64,000 nucleotides of DNA from Takakia lepidozioides. Its lineage: Eukaryota; Plantae; Bryophyta. The position numbers and the translations under genes were made by a program. Location: assembly GCA_030704615.1 (NCBI GenBank), contig CM060732.1:50964001-51028000 (forward strand). Reading direction: 5' to 3'. The notes beneath the pieces were generated by a model. The model was not told where the DNA came from. It did not search any database and was given only the letters and a program-made list of their open reading frames with translations. Every line of letters begins with the position of its first letter. The first letter of the stretch is position 1. Of this stretch, positions 35,182 to 48,719 are shown piece by piece.

Positions 35182-37454
35182 AGTAGGTTCAAGAAAAATA
35201 TAACTAAAAACTAATAATATAAAATAAAATAATTTCTTAAGCCATTCAAATTGTTCTATAATGACACTATGTTGTCATGGTCAATTTCAAGTACAAGAGC
35301 AAAGAAAAAATTAATATCAGACATGGGGTTCAAGGAAAAAAAGAAAAAAACTAAGAGAAGAATAAATATAATATGAAAAGACATACAACCCCTAAATCTA
35401 AGGATATTGCATAGGAGGAGTCACCAAGTGTAAGGACATTGAATTTTTCAAATACCCTTTCGAATATATTGATCTTAGAACACATTAATGACTATAACAA
35501 AATGCACAAATATTTCATCGAGATATTTGAAGTGAATGCGCAATTTGTAGCTACTTATATAGGCTGAGAGAATACATGTAAGTGTCCTTTGATGGTTGAT
35601 TGGAGGGCCTCCTGTACTGCCCCATTTGCTTGTGTAAATATTTTTTGTTCATACTTATATATACTTCTTTAGAATACGTTTTGTAGGCAAATGCATTGAT
35701 TTTGTTGTTATTACTACATGCTGCTACGATGTGATAGTCTTTTCACTAGTACAAAAAATATATTTTTTAGATCTTGTTTTGAATGTAGTTGATAATTCTG
35801 TTGTTGTCATGTGCAATAGAGTGTGGACCGGTGCAAATTTACAACACATTCCATATTAGTGTTTGGTCATTTGGTATATTCATTCGGATGATCACCTTCT
35901 CCTTGATCTGGTTTTGAAGTTTCTTAAAGTTGATTTTCTACTAAAAAGAAATTTGGTTAGATTTTTGTGTCTTCCGCGCTGTCTCTCTCTTTAGATCTTT
36001 CTCTTTTTCTCTCTCTTTCTCAGTTTTTTCTTTTCTTTTTTTTTGAGTCTTACTCTCTCTCTATTTGTATTGCTAGTTCGTTATCTCTTTTTGTTTTCCT
36101 TGCTCTTTTTCTCTCCTTTTCTTTCGGCTTCTTTCGTTCTCTTTATCTTTCTATATGCACATTTCTTCTTTTTATGGGTGCCTTCATGGCAGCAATCTAC
36201 TTGGACAAGGTTTGGAAAACTCACATGATTGTGTCTCTCTCTCTTGTTTGTTTTCTTGTATTCACCGTGATCGCTTCTTTTGTTTCCTTCATGGGATACT
36301 TAGATGAGTTCATGCTACATTTTTAAGCATGTACCAGATTCAATACAGCAGAATCTATCAAAAACATGAATTACTCAAAGAAAGAAATCAGAAACTGGAT
36401 GATGATGGAGTGCAAAGAAATCAAGCTCTACGCCACTAAACAATGATCTGATTAATGCACCAAATATTTTGGTTGTACATGTAGATGAAACAAATGATGG
36501 ATATTATCAAATATAAGTTGTGTTTGTTTCATAGAAATAAAAATAGAAATAAAATCAATATAGATATACATTGGACCAAGTTTTCTGAACTAAGATACAA
36601 ATTGACTATGCTATAATAGACAAATGGTTCCAAGTCATTCCAAGGATTATTTCACTATTTTAGTTGACAAGATTTTGTTTGTACTTCAAGATTTATAAAT
36701 ATACATGCATTTAGTCCAATATGATAGTATACCATGATGTATCTTGTGATTTGTAGGCGTAGTTTTGTTGGAGGTGCAACTGTCTTTATTACTCTGTTTT
36801 AGGTATTCTATAGTCACAATTGACACACAATACACTTTCAGGTAGGAAACTAAGTACACATGATCCACAATGTCAAACATAACATCCAAAAAGACATCCA
36901 ATTCAATCACATCATTTGTGTAAGCCTGCGGGGCTTGCAAATAGTGAGTGAGAGAGAAAGTACTTTCAACCTATCGTCCCTTGCGCCACTGCATAAGAAG
37001 TAGAACTATTGTATGATCCGTGATATCCGCCATAGCTACAAAGCTATAGCTTTGATTGCCCCTCCAGTCGAGATACTGGTTATCCGGGATAACACCTATT
37101 CTTCCGCTCATAATCTTCTTAGTTTCTTGTTCTTGTTTCCTGAATGGAGTCTTTTGCACAAAATTCACGTTGTGGATTGGTCGTTGCCTCATTAGGTAAC
37201 TTTTCACTTTTGCCTTAATCTGTTCGCATTCCCACTTAGAATGACCACTAGGACTGCAAATGTGGCAAAGGTTCCCTTTTGCCGGACACGCGTAAAGTGT
37301 TCTGTTACCTGTCCTCTGGATGCATTAATGGGCTCGTAATAAGTTTCGGCTGATGTACCGGGTAGGTACTTTGACGGCCCTGTTTGTCTTTTTGTGTGAT
37401 GGCGCTCGTTATTGTAGTACATGCAATGTGGAGTGTTTTGCCCCTTAGGCCACG

Positions 37455-39165
37455 TGTTCATTGCCCTGTGAGTAATAGGTTGTACTCTTCCTGTGCACAA
37501 TCATGAACTCCTTAGTCAATAGTTCAATAGTCTCATTAATGAAATGACTTCCCTGGTCACTGATAAATTCCAGAGGACAGCCAAATCTTGTGATAATGTT
37601 CTCATATAAGAACCTTGTTGTGGACTTAGCTATGTTGTCTCTCAGAGCCTTAGCTTCCAACCATTTTGTGGTATAATCAGTGGCTGTGATTATATATTTG
37701 TTCTGTGTATTCCTGGCTGGCGGATTGATTGGCCCAACAAAATCCAATCCCCATTTCTGGAATGGTTCAATAGGCATTGTAGGATGCAAAGCCATCTTCC
37801 CACATCTTTGCAAGGGTCCTAGCCTCTGACACTCATCACAACTCTTACAATATTTGTGTACATCTTCAAACAAAGTAGGCCATTAGTAACTTGCAAGTAA
37901 TATTTTCCTACTGACCAGTAATCTCTTCTCCAAAATGGCCTCCAGCCACTCCTTTATGAACTTCTTCCAAAACTTTATTTACTTCATGGTGGTACAAACA
38001 TCTTTTTAGAACTCCATCAGGTCCTAGCTTATACAATTTTTCCCCTATCATAGTGTATGGTAATGCTTTGATAGCTATTCTCTTCCTTTGTTCCTTTCCA
38101 TAACTAGGCGGACACTATCGATGAGTCAAATAATATCTGATTGACCACTGCCAATCCATCCAGTCATCTGCTCCCTGTACTTCTACTGCAAATAAACCTG
38201 CATCAGGCAGTTGATCGTCTACTCCTGTGGCGGGCTCTCCCGCTGAAAGGCGTGACAAGTGATCTGCCACAAGATGCAAACGTCCAGGTTTGTAAACAAC
38301 TTCAAATTCAAACTCATGCGGTATAATCAGCCATCCTTGCTATCCTTCCATTTATCAAAGGCTTGTTCACCAAATCAGAGCTTGATGATCCACATAGAAC
38401 ATAAACTTCCTTCCTAGCAAATAATGCCTGAACTTCTTGACTGAATAAATCATTGCCAAAGCTTATCTTCTGGTGGTGCTACAGTTCTTTTCAGCACTGT
38501 TCAGCAGTCTACTAGCATAATACACGGGTGAATCTATGTTTCTTGTGACATTTTGGGCTAACACAGCGCCCAAGCTTCTCCTGAGGCATCACAGTGTACA
38601 TGAAATATCATATGCCAATGTGAGTTAATCAGCACAGGTGTAGTTGTTACTGGCAATGTAAGTTCCTCAAAGGCCTGTTGACATTCACTTGTCCATGCAA
38701 AACACTGCATCATTCTTCAAGAGTTTGCTCAATGGTGCTGCCTTCTGTGCATATTGTCTGACAAACCTTTTGTAATAACTGGTTTGTCCAAGGAACCTCC
38801 TTAGAACCTTAACATTACTTGGTGGTGGTGAGGCTTTAATAGCCTTTGTCGTTCTAGGATCTACAAACAGCCCTTTTTGACACACAATGTGTCCCAAAAA
38901 AACTCCTGAGTTCACACAGAAAGTACATTTTTCCGGATTCAGCCCAAGACCTCTCATCCTACATAACTCTAACTTCTGCAAGTGCTCATTCTTAGAGCTA
39001 TACACACTGAAATCATCTAAGAATACTTGCATGAAATCATCCAAGTACTCATGGAAAGATTCACCTATCACTCTCTGGAAAGTTGTTGGTGCATTACAAA
39101 GTCCAAAAGGCATGACTTTGTATGCAAAAGCACCCCAGTCAGTAATGAAAGCTGTCTTGTATAAT
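37455..39165 (-). mobile_element. Ty3/gypsy pol fragment (RT, RNase H, integrase), degenerate
   Basis: RT: MPFGLCNAPTTFQR...VFLDDF. RNase H remnants. Integrase: CKSCDECQR, PFQKWGLDFVGPI, TDYTTKW, ISDQGSHF. Domain order RT-RH-INT indicates gypsy. Confidence 0.93.
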
Positions 39166-39359
39166 AAAGGCTTGATAATGTCCAGCTTAAGCCTAAAACA
39201 TAATTACCAAAATCTGCTTAGTCATGTACCATCGGTGCTGTAAATTGAAGGCCTCCACATCAGTGCGCCGCATGTCGAACACATGACACCTTCAACTCCT
39301 CCCAGGGGGCGTGGCCATGGTGCCCACAAAATTTGGCATTTCATTCACCACTAAGTTCC

Positions 39360-39810
39360 TCAATCAGGTCCTTGGCGTGTTTGCACGGTATGAACTTCCC
39401 TTACTTTCCCAAACTACTTGAAAGCATACCAACAAAATCAGGACAGGTACAATTGGGAAAATTGGAAACAGTGATGTCGTACGTCTTGTCCTGCAGCACA
39501 GATGCGGATGAGATCATGGTGAAGACCCGACCATACCCTGGATCAGGCACTTCCATTGTTCCCGCAACACGAGCGTGAAGCATTCTCGCGGACTCGATTT
39601 TGCCGTAGTGTTCTGCGGTTGGAGGGAATCGTCGAACCAGCTTCCCATTCCGTCTGGTTGGCCACAAGTGAGCGTCAGGCGGAGGTACCCATGAACCGCT
39701 TGTACTTGAAGCACCTTCATGTGCAATGGAATGTCTGGCTAGGGAGAAACCCGCCTCTTCCAACATTGCGATCTCTCGGTGAGTGAGACCTGTGTCCATC
39801 TCACATGCCA
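39360..39810 (-). mobile_element. SWIM zinc-finger C-terminal fragment of a MULE-like transposase
   Basis: YDITVSNFPNCTCPDF...SLGK*GKFIPCKH is a CxC-xn-CxH SWIM motif with an in-frame stop. Confidence 0.7.
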
Positions 39811-39819
39811 CACGGTTGG

Positions 39820-41640
39820 TGGAGTATTTTCTATTCATGTATCCAAGTGCATCTCCCATGTAGAGGCCCAAGTGTCCAGTGTCCTCGGGGAGGTCACTCC
39901 CTATCTAGTTTCCCAGGCACATGAGACAACCAGGCATTTTCTATGGGGGTATTAATTTTATTTTCTGAATTTTTGGCCACCCTATTATTACATAATGTTG
40001 TAATATGGCATATTTTCTTGCAAGCTATATTATTTATATTTTATAGCAAATAACAAATATTGGGCACCCTATATTAATCTAATTAATAAAAAATAAAATA
40101 AAAAATAAACATTATGGGGTTGCCATCATTCCCCTCTCAATCTACGCTTCTTCACTGTCATACCCTGCAAACTTCAGAACCTGTGGGCCATAATGCTTGT
40201 ACCACTGAGCGCACCACCATTTCTCTCTGCTTGTCTAGCACAATGCCGCCATGAAATGCAGCCGATGGGAGAGAGGGAAGCCTAGGGTTGTTGTACACAT
40301 GCGCTTACGCCCTCTCCGCTGCATGTCCCGAACTGCTTGTCACTGAACGACACGTGTCCCTTTAATTTCTCTCCACCCTATATTAGTTTTAATATTTTTT
40401 GGAAATAAGTCTTCATTTTGGACCCTATTTTAATTTAAATATGGTGCCGCCAATATATTGGTACCCTATAATATTTCTAAATGTATTCTAAATTTTATTT
40501 TCTCAGAATTTTCGGAGTGGTAATATTTGGAAGTGACCTCCCCTTGCCAGTGTCATCTAAGCCCAAGTGCAATCTCCTATGTATCTAAGAGAGGCTCCCA
40601 TGAGTGTCTCCTATGTCGAGGCCCATCTAAGCCCGGTGTGCAATCTCCTATGTTTCCAAATACGTCTCCATGTCAAGACCCCATTTATTTATTTTTCATG
40701 AATTTATTGGGTAGTAATATATCCAATCATTATTGATATATCTCCTATCGAGGCTCCAATCATTGTCCAAGGAAAGCCCACTTTGTTATTTTTCGTGAAT
40801 TTCCAGCGACCAAAAGTACTTGAAATTCGACATCTCCCACACCGTAGGTCCAAAAATTGTGAGACCAAGCCGGTCCACCCCTCCTCATCGAGGGCTTTCC
40901 AATGGGACCAAGCACCAGCGTTGGGGCCCCGCGGTTTGGGAGATCTCAACGCTACAAAACAAAACAAAACAAACAAACAAACTGGCTTCCTTCATACTAG
41001 GGTAGCCTGTGCCGTTGGCCCAAATGTCCAGTGTCATCTAAGCCCAAGTGTAAGGTCTTCTATGTATCACAGTGCATCTCCTATGTCAAGGCCCAAGTGC
41101 GACCTCTAGTGTAGCCTATGCCGTTGACCCATGTGTAAAAAATTTAAATCTAAGACCAAGTGCAATCTCCTATATATCCAAGTGCGTCTCCTATTTTCAG
41201 GCCCATCTAATCCCAAGTGCAATCTTCTATTCATGTATCCAAGTGCATCTCTCATGTAGAGGCCCAAGTGTCCAATGTTATCTAAGCCCAAGTGGAATCT
41301 CCTATGTATCCAAGTACGTCTCCCATGTCAAGGCCCCATTTAATTTTTTTCCATGAATTTATTGAGTAGTAATATATCCAATCATTGATATATCTCCCGT
41401 CGAGGCTCCAATCATTGTCCCACGAAAGCCCACTTAAATTGTTATTTTTCACGAATTTCCAGTGACCAAAAGTACTTGAAAGTCCATATCTCCCACACCG
41501 CAGGTCCAAAAATTCTGAGACCAAGCCCATGCACCCCTCCTCTTCGAGGGCTTTCCAACGGTACCAAGCACCAGGGCTGGGGCCCCGCGGTTTGGGACAT
41601 CTCAACTCTACAAAACAAAACGTCTCGCTTCACATATTGA
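39820..41640 (-). repeat. Tandem short-unit repeats plus two copies of a ~320-bp module; Helitron-like non-autonomous repeat
   Basis: Many GCCCAAGTG..TCTCC(T/C)ATGT units. Module duplicated at ~40680-41000 and ~41335-41640. On the minus strand the second copy begins A^TC at 41640. The Helitron assignment is tentative because no 3' hairpin-CTAG was located. Confidence 0.5.
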
Positions 41641-41644
41641 TATT

Positions 41645-42240
41645 GATGGTATGGGCATCTTGCCGCGCAAATCTCTCTAATCAAAGACTAACTATGAGAA
41701 TAAGAGACTTCAAGAACCTATACCTAAGGAGCTCTACATGGTAATTGACATTGGGGCTGCGAAGTGAAAGAGGCCGATGAATTTGAAATGAACATAGTAG
41801 AGAACATGCCAAAAAAAGATAAAGAAGAAGAAAAAAGCCATGATCGTCTAGCTAGACAAGAAAATCCAATCTTTGATACAAAGATTTGTGCGGCTTAGAT
41901 GTCACAGTTCTTTCACCAAATCTTCATTAAAAAGAAAAACCTTTCCATGGCATTCTCGCCTTTTATTTATTCAAATGTACAAAGTAGTCGTTTATCAGAA
42001 AGGGTCCAAGGCCATTTACTGGGCTTGATAGGGTTAATCTCTCATCTTAATGAGATGGGAGCCTGTGAACGTGAGCTTGTGAGACCATATGAGCCTGAGA
42101 CTTGGCAGGCTGGCAATCTTGCAAAGGGTGGGCCTTCAACCTTTTGGTCAAAGGCCTTAGGCTCGAGAACCCAAAATCCCAAATGTGGATCCAAGTTAAG
42201 GATTCCATGTTCGTAGATGACACGTTCTTGCTACTGGAAG
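41645..42240. repeat. Dispersed repeat; segments recur rearranged at 52350-52550 and 53084-53335
   Basis: AAAATCCAATCTTTGATAC...CATCTTAATGAG at 41861-42054 and 52352-52546. GGGCATCTTGCCGCGCAA...GAGACTTCA at ~41653 and ~53276. AACCTATACC.AAGGAGC at ~41715 and ~53085. Confidence 0.8.
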
Positions 42241-42289
42241 CTCACCCAGATACACTACAAGCGGCATAAGACACCCTAAGCATCGCTGG

Positions 42290-42860
42290 GGGCTCCAGAT
42301 GGAGCTACTTTTGTGTGCTGGCCTTGTAGACTGTATAGCTAATAGATGTAGCATCTTGGGGTTCAGGGTGAACTAGTCTAAGACTAAAGCGCTGCTAGTC
42401 GGCGACTCCTCTAAGTCCAGTATAGGGATAGTACCTACCTGGGATTCAGGTCTTGGTCTGGTCTGGCTGAAAGATGGTGAAACTACCACTCTGCTGGGGC
42501 ACACCTTCGGCAATAATATATTAGATGAGCAGCGAATGGAACCAACAATTTTCAAACTCAAACGTCAGTTTGCCTACTGGGGCTCCAAATACCAGGTAGA
42601 TGCAAAGTACTAGATACCAGCCTGCATGATCTGGTTTGTGCCCAGGGCCCTTCCCAACTCTAAGATTATTCAAGAGGTCAAGAGATACGTACATAACTTC
42701 AATTGGGGAGTGTTGGCCCATTCGCAGAACAAGAGACCACAAGTTTCTTGGCAACAGATTTGCCGGCCCAAAAAACTAGGCTTGGAGTTCTTGACCCGAG
42801 AACCCAAATTCAGGCATTACTCGGGAAATGGATTCCTCGCTTCGTTGGCCCCGAGGGTGG
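42290..42860 (+). mobile_element. LINE (L1-type) ORF2 post-RT fragment
   Basis: YLG, then NFNWG...VSWQQICRPKK(G)LGVLDPRTQIQALLGKWIPR, matching the W..IC.PK..GGLG....N.ALL.KW pattern; frameshifted. Confidence 0.75.
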
Positions 42861-42879
42861 CTGGGGGGGGGGGGGGGGG

Positions 42880-43640
42880 TAGTGACGCTCTAGTAACGCC
42901 CCTGACGTCACTAATGGTGATTTTCCGGCCCCGCGGAAATCACAAATCTGTGACGCCTCAGCGTCGCTATGGTGGCGTCGTAGAATGTAAGACTTAATGT
43001 GAAGCCAGGGCGAGTCGCAAATCCAACCCCCTGAAAATTCCCACTTGCGACACCCAGGGCGTCACAAAATGACTGCGACGCTCCGGACTTCGCAAAATGG
43101 CCATATAGGGGGGGGGAAAAAAAAAACTTTTAAAATGCGACGCCTGGGGCGTCGCATTTGAGGGTTTTTTTTTTTTTTTTTAATTTATTTATTTAATTTT
43201 GAAAATGATGGGATCCACATGGTTTAAAAAAGGTGATTGCACATAGTTCAAAAAATGGCGGGACACACATTAGCCACGTAGTGTGAAACCTAACCTTTCA
43301 ACATACGACACATATTGAGTTCTTAATTCCTTCAACATATTGCTAGACAAATTTGAACTCAAGACCTCTAGATTATACACGTAGTAAGACACTTCACACT
43401 AACCAACATATCGCTTACCGAACTTACACACAAATTCATGATTTAATTACACATAACGTAGTTCATGCGAGCGTTGCTGGTCGCGACCTCAAAGTGACAC
43501 TCATTGCGGCGCTCAAATGTAAGTGACGCCAGAGGCGTCGCTTTCCTGCACCCTCTACTCTGGAAACCAAAAAATGATCGAGTCAGTTGTAGTGACGCTT
43601 AACCAATGACTTATCAACAGTAAAAACTCAAATGCGACGT
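42880..43640. repeat. GCGACGC/GCGTCGC-rich subterminal-type repeat region of an unassigned DNA transposon
   Basis: Numerous direct and inverted (T)GCGACG/CGTCGC(A) and GTGACGC words interspersed with homopolymer runs; it starts where the LINE fragment is truncated. Confidence 0.45.
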
Positions 43641-45343
43641 TTTTTTTAATAAAATAATTAATTAAATTAAACTAGTTAATTTATTATTATTATTATTATT
43701 TGATTAAAAAAAGGTTGTACCCCTGATTATTTTATTATATTTCTGGTTGGCCAAAAAGCCATTATAATTTATTTAGGATTATTCGGGAAAAAAATTAAAA
43801 CCCTAATTTCGCCATAAGGCACACACACCGTGATTAGTGAAATTAGAACCTGTACCCTCATTGAGGAAAACTTGAGCCAAAGCGGCCCCGAACTTGGCCC
43901 CTCGAAGAGGAAAGTGTTAACCATGGTAACCAGAAACGAGAACCCTAGGATCTATGTTACTACCCCGGATGAAGAAGCGGAAACCAGAAGTCCACACATG
44001 AATGTAGAGAGTAATGACACTAGAGTGAGTTAGTGCACTTGCCTAGGGATTGCTAATGCAATTACACCTTCCTAAACTGAAGACATGAAGCTTTAGAAGA
44101 GCCCTTAAGTTGTTTCCAGTTTATTTCTCGATCGAACTCAGGCGACGCGGTGGAGTGTTGTGTGAATTCCTCTCCAGCAGGTCTGGCCAGATACAAGTGT
44201 TTGGATTTGCGCTGCTGCAGATGAGGCCTCGATTACCCCAGGTGGTGCGGAATGTATCATGGGAAGCCCCTGCGATCTCTGGTTTCCGTTGGATATCTAC
44301 ACAATGCTTGGCCCAAGTCTTCCTGGATCCTGTCCCAAGGTCATAGAAAATAGATGTGAGAAGAGCTGACACATTAGAAGTTTGACCAGAGAAGGTCTTT
44401 CCCTCCTCTGGCTTTTAATTCTTGCAGCGGCGCTTGTGTGGGGAAGTATCTCTCTCTCCCTTCTTAAACCTAGCAAGTGTGCTTGTATGCTTTACTTTCT
44501 CCTTTGCTTTGTTGGAGGTGGCTTGCTGGTGGTGATGGTGCATAGTTTTCTTCCCCAATCGCCAAAGGTGCTTTTGGTGATTAGGGTCCTTTTTGCTTTA
44601 TGTCTTTCTAGAGCTCTTGCGTTTGAGGTTCTTAGTTGACATCGATGACAAGTGTAGGGGTCTGTGATTCACCTGGGGTTCCACAATCCTCACTAACCTG
44701 TTGGTTTTTGTAGGGGCTTGTGATGGGACCAAGTGAGGATCCCTACTTGCTTTGAATTCTCTTGAGCTTGCAGATAAGGATGTGGGCAAAGGGAACCTAA
44801 TGTATATGACGTCTTTACTTGGCTGTTGCCTACAGCCCCGATTTCGGCCCGCTTGCTCCTGGTTTGGCATGTTGATGCTTACTTTTGATTTATGTTTTGT
44901 TGCCTTTGATGGAGCACTTCGGCCTGACAGGCTTGTCAAAGCCCAGCATCTGGACCTTACCTTGTCTTGAATATTTGACAGCATCACCTGTGGATTATTA
45001 AGCTAGGTAATGTTTTGGCCTTAAAGAGGAGTTATGGTTTATGGGTAAGGCATCAATGGCTGTTAGGTTCTAAGGAAGAAGAGGCCCTGTTTTTAAAGAT
45101 GGCAGCCTGATAAGGCAATGACAGGCCTCTCTCAGGCCTGGATTTGGTGTGGAATGGAGCATAGTGAGGTTTTATTTGCAAAACCTGGCTTAAACCTCCT
45201 GGAAAACACTGTTGGTAAGGTCTACTGGACCTTTGCCAGAGATTACTTGCCTTATTTTGACATCAGACCAGGCACTTGCAATGTATGATTTAGTTTTTGG
45301 CCAAGTGGGCTTGGTCTCGGGCACTCAAAGTGTTTGTGTGTCC

Positions 45344-45810
45344 ATATCTTGAATTTGTAATATGGCACGCCTTTCTTCCATGCCAAAATGCCTTACATGA
45401 TGCATATCTTGGGGCAATTACACATGGTGTAGAATGAAGTTGCAGTCTGTCTTGTCATGCCCAAGAGGGTCACTTGGTTGCATGTTTGGAATCTAATAAA
45501 CTTCAGGCTAGTCCATCAAGATGCTTGTGTATACATATCTTGAATCTGTAGTATGGCAGGCTGTTCTTACCTACCCAAGGGGCCTTGCATGATGCATGTC
45601 TTGGGGTATTTACAAATGGCAAAGAGTGAAGCTACAATATGTTTTGTCATGCCCAAGAAGTTTACTTGGTTGCATGCTTGAAATCTGATTAATTGCAGGC
45701 TGGTCCTTCAAGGTACTTATATGAACATATCCTGAATCTGTAGTAGGACATGCTGTTCTTACCTACCCAAGGAGGCTTGCATGATGCATATCTTGGGTTA
45801 CTTACAGGAA
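45344..45810. repeat. Tandem repeat, ~191-bp unit, ~2.4 copies
   Basis: ATATC(T/C)TGAAT(T/C)TGTA...CATGATGCAT(A/G)TCTTGGG starts at ~45344, ~45535 and ~45727. Confidence 0.85.
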
Positions 45811-45919
45811 TTTGAACATGAATAAACCCCGCCCTCCCACCCTGTTTTATCATGAATGATTGGGTGAAATCAATTGGGAAGTCATGACAAGAATGGAAGT
45901 GTTCGATGGTGCCCTGTTT

Positions 45920-46700
45920 ATGGGCTGTTTATGTCTTTAATTGACAATGACCCTAGTGTGACATGAGTATCTTCCCTCTCTCTTTTTGACTTTTTCTGCA
46001 GAGGGGTCAACTCTGAGGTTAAGAAAACCATGCTTTGTCGCATTATTAGACCTGCCTTGGAGTACGGATCTGCAATATGGGTTGATAAATCTGACTTAGA
46101 GGTTGTAGTGTCCAAAGCCATGTCTGTTGCCATGAGATTGTCTGATGAAAATGAAGTTAGGCATAAAACTTCCTTGAACTTGTTTTCAGTCAATGACATG
46201 GGGGAGGACATCTTGGATGGCCTCAAGGGTCTACCCACTCTCGGCACTAGACTGAAATTTAAACTCAGGGCATGAAGCCTACCTTTGAACACCAAACAGA
46301 AGCAGAGAGGAAAGGGAGAGTGCAATTGCCTGTTGTGTGGGCAATCTGAAGACAATACTCATTTTCTGATACACTGTTCGGGGTTCTCTCACCAAAGAGA
46401 CGCTCTCTTCAAATCTATCAAGGGAATTGTGCATGTACCTCTGTTTACCAACTTTGAAAGTCTCAAGACTGAGCCAAAAGCCCAGGCCCTCCTGAGGCCT
46501 AGTTATTGGGCAAATCACACACAACAGATTGATGCTTGTGTGAAGGGATTGCTAGAGGATATCTGGAAAACCCGGATTAATTCTATATATGAAGGTAAGT
46601 CTTACTACCAACGTCAGCCCTGACAGAGGCAGGTTCTGTCCCTTTTGTTTCCGCTCAAACTGGGCGCGGGGTCAATGGCTACAAACAACGTCTTATGAGT
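45920..46700 (+). mobile_element. Non-LTR retrotransposon 3' fragment (RTE/RTEX-like thumb plus CCHC zinc finger)
   Basis: IIRPALEYGSAIW, LKFKLRA*SLPLN and CLLCGQSEDNTHFLIHC...R, ending ...EDIWKTR. Confidence 0.75.
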
Positions 46701-48719
46701 ACAATCTTTTTAACTTTATATGCACTCTCTCTCCCTTGTGGTTTGTTTATTTTTGTGAGCAGCGAAAAAAAGAGGGAAGATACTTTTTGTCATGTCAAGA
46801 CAAAGACAGGACCCCTAGGGTCATTGTCATGAATAAGAAGAATAATTAGACATATCAGCCACTTAACAGTGGCACCATCCATCAATCATCAAGCTTGGAA
46901 AATCCAGAATTACATCCATGCACAGTAATGTGTTCATGTCAGTATTATTCATAACCCAAAGAGTATTCCACTGATGCTGATTGACCATCATTCATGATCA
47001 TGATACACATTCAGAGGTCTGGGTGGGATGGCGGGTACTTGGCCATATTTTGGTCTTGATGTGGTGCAGGTCAAATGGTCATACAGATTTAGTGTCCGCA
47101 AGCTGTAATCCAAGCATACTTACTCAAAACCCATGGGTGTCATGGAGGGTTTTAAAAAAGAAGAAGGAAAAGAACACTTGGATATCACATATTTAAATAC
47201 CTTGTCGTGCCAGTATTTGTTTAAACTGGTCTGCAGCACAGCTTGCCCCCACAGAGGAGGGGGATATGTCTGGTAAGTTTTCCAGAATACCCCTATACCA
47301 TTATTTCTTGCTACAGCTGAAAATCAAAGTTCATGACACAACAAGGTAAAAATAAAGGACTGCATACACATCCTGTGACAGTATATGATACTGTCAACAC
47401 ACCCTATTCACATCATTCCACGTTTGACCATGTCATTACACCATGTCCAGGGGGTATTTCCACTTAACCACCCTGGCTGCCTCAAAGCCAGTTACCAATT
47501 ATATTGCTGCCATATTTCAGTGTCAACTGAATAGCCAATCTTCACCATACCCTGGCCTAAGCATCTAGCTAACAAAGCCATCCGGGTTGGAACATAACAT
47601 GGGTATTTTACCATCAGGGGTACCTGAGTAGCTGCAGCAAATAGTTCCTTGCAGCCTCTCCTTTTGTTTCCAACTACCATAAGGCAAGCGAAGCAAACTA
47701 GTGCCTAAAAACAGATGTGTGTTTCACACAAGCCATCATAAACACGGCTGTTACAGCCAAACAAAGGTCTTCCACTGGCTGGGCCAAAATAGCCCACCTT
47801 AAACAACACTATACTTGTTCTTCATAGATAAAAGAAAGAGGTAGGATCAAGAAAAACCATAGAGTAGTTTAGTTTTTCAACATTTCAAGATGAGTCCATG
47901 GCCAGCGATTCCTTCCCCAGCTTCTTCAACTCACTTGGCATCCAGCAACACCTAGACATCACTATATTAAGTGGAAGCCCTCACATGTGCCCGTCCCAAA
48001 AACAACAACAACGCATTGTGAGTTAGTGAGGATGCATGAGGTGAGTAGCAGGCTTCCACACTTGCTATCGAGGTCAAATACACTTGAATCTAGAAAGCAC
48101 AAAGAATGCCAAAGAAAGCAGGGAAGCAAGACAAACAGAAATAAAACCTTTTTTACTGTTTGCCTCACCAGCTGCATTAAAAGTTTTTGCAACTTTTATG
48201 GAGTAGAAAAATATTTCACCAAATTTATCTAAATCTGAGCCGTGTGTACATAAGATGAAGCAATTCCATCTCTGGAGCACGCCTCAGCATAAACTCATAC
48301 AATTGTATTTGCCGATCTCGTGTTGTTGGATGATCGCCATCTCTCCACAAGCCCAACCGTGCAGGGAGGTCTCCGCCAACACCACTACACTGCTACCTTA
48401 ACCAAAACAAAGTCTTGCCAAGCACGAGAAAAACGAGCTTTGTCTCATAAGGTAGGGTTTATAAAGGGAGGGAGAGAGAGACTCCTTGTTCTACCAAGCC
48501 GCCGCCATTCATCAAAGATCCAGAGAAGGGCTCCTAGGAAAACTTCACAAGCAGACAGGTGGTACCTCCGCCATCACTGCCTTTGTTCCCTTGTGCAACA
48601 AAAAAACAAACAAACAAGATAGTGAATCTTCCTTCATCTCTAAGCCACCGCCATCGCCTTAAAGAGCCCGTAGAGGCGGCGCTCACATGAGCTTTAAACA
48701 CTCCAGGGATTGACAGCTC

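Noticed and set aside
35967-36326. Membrane protein ORF (119 aa)
   Set aside because: Its hydrophobicity derives mostly from a CT/T-rich low-complexity tract; there is no independent support.
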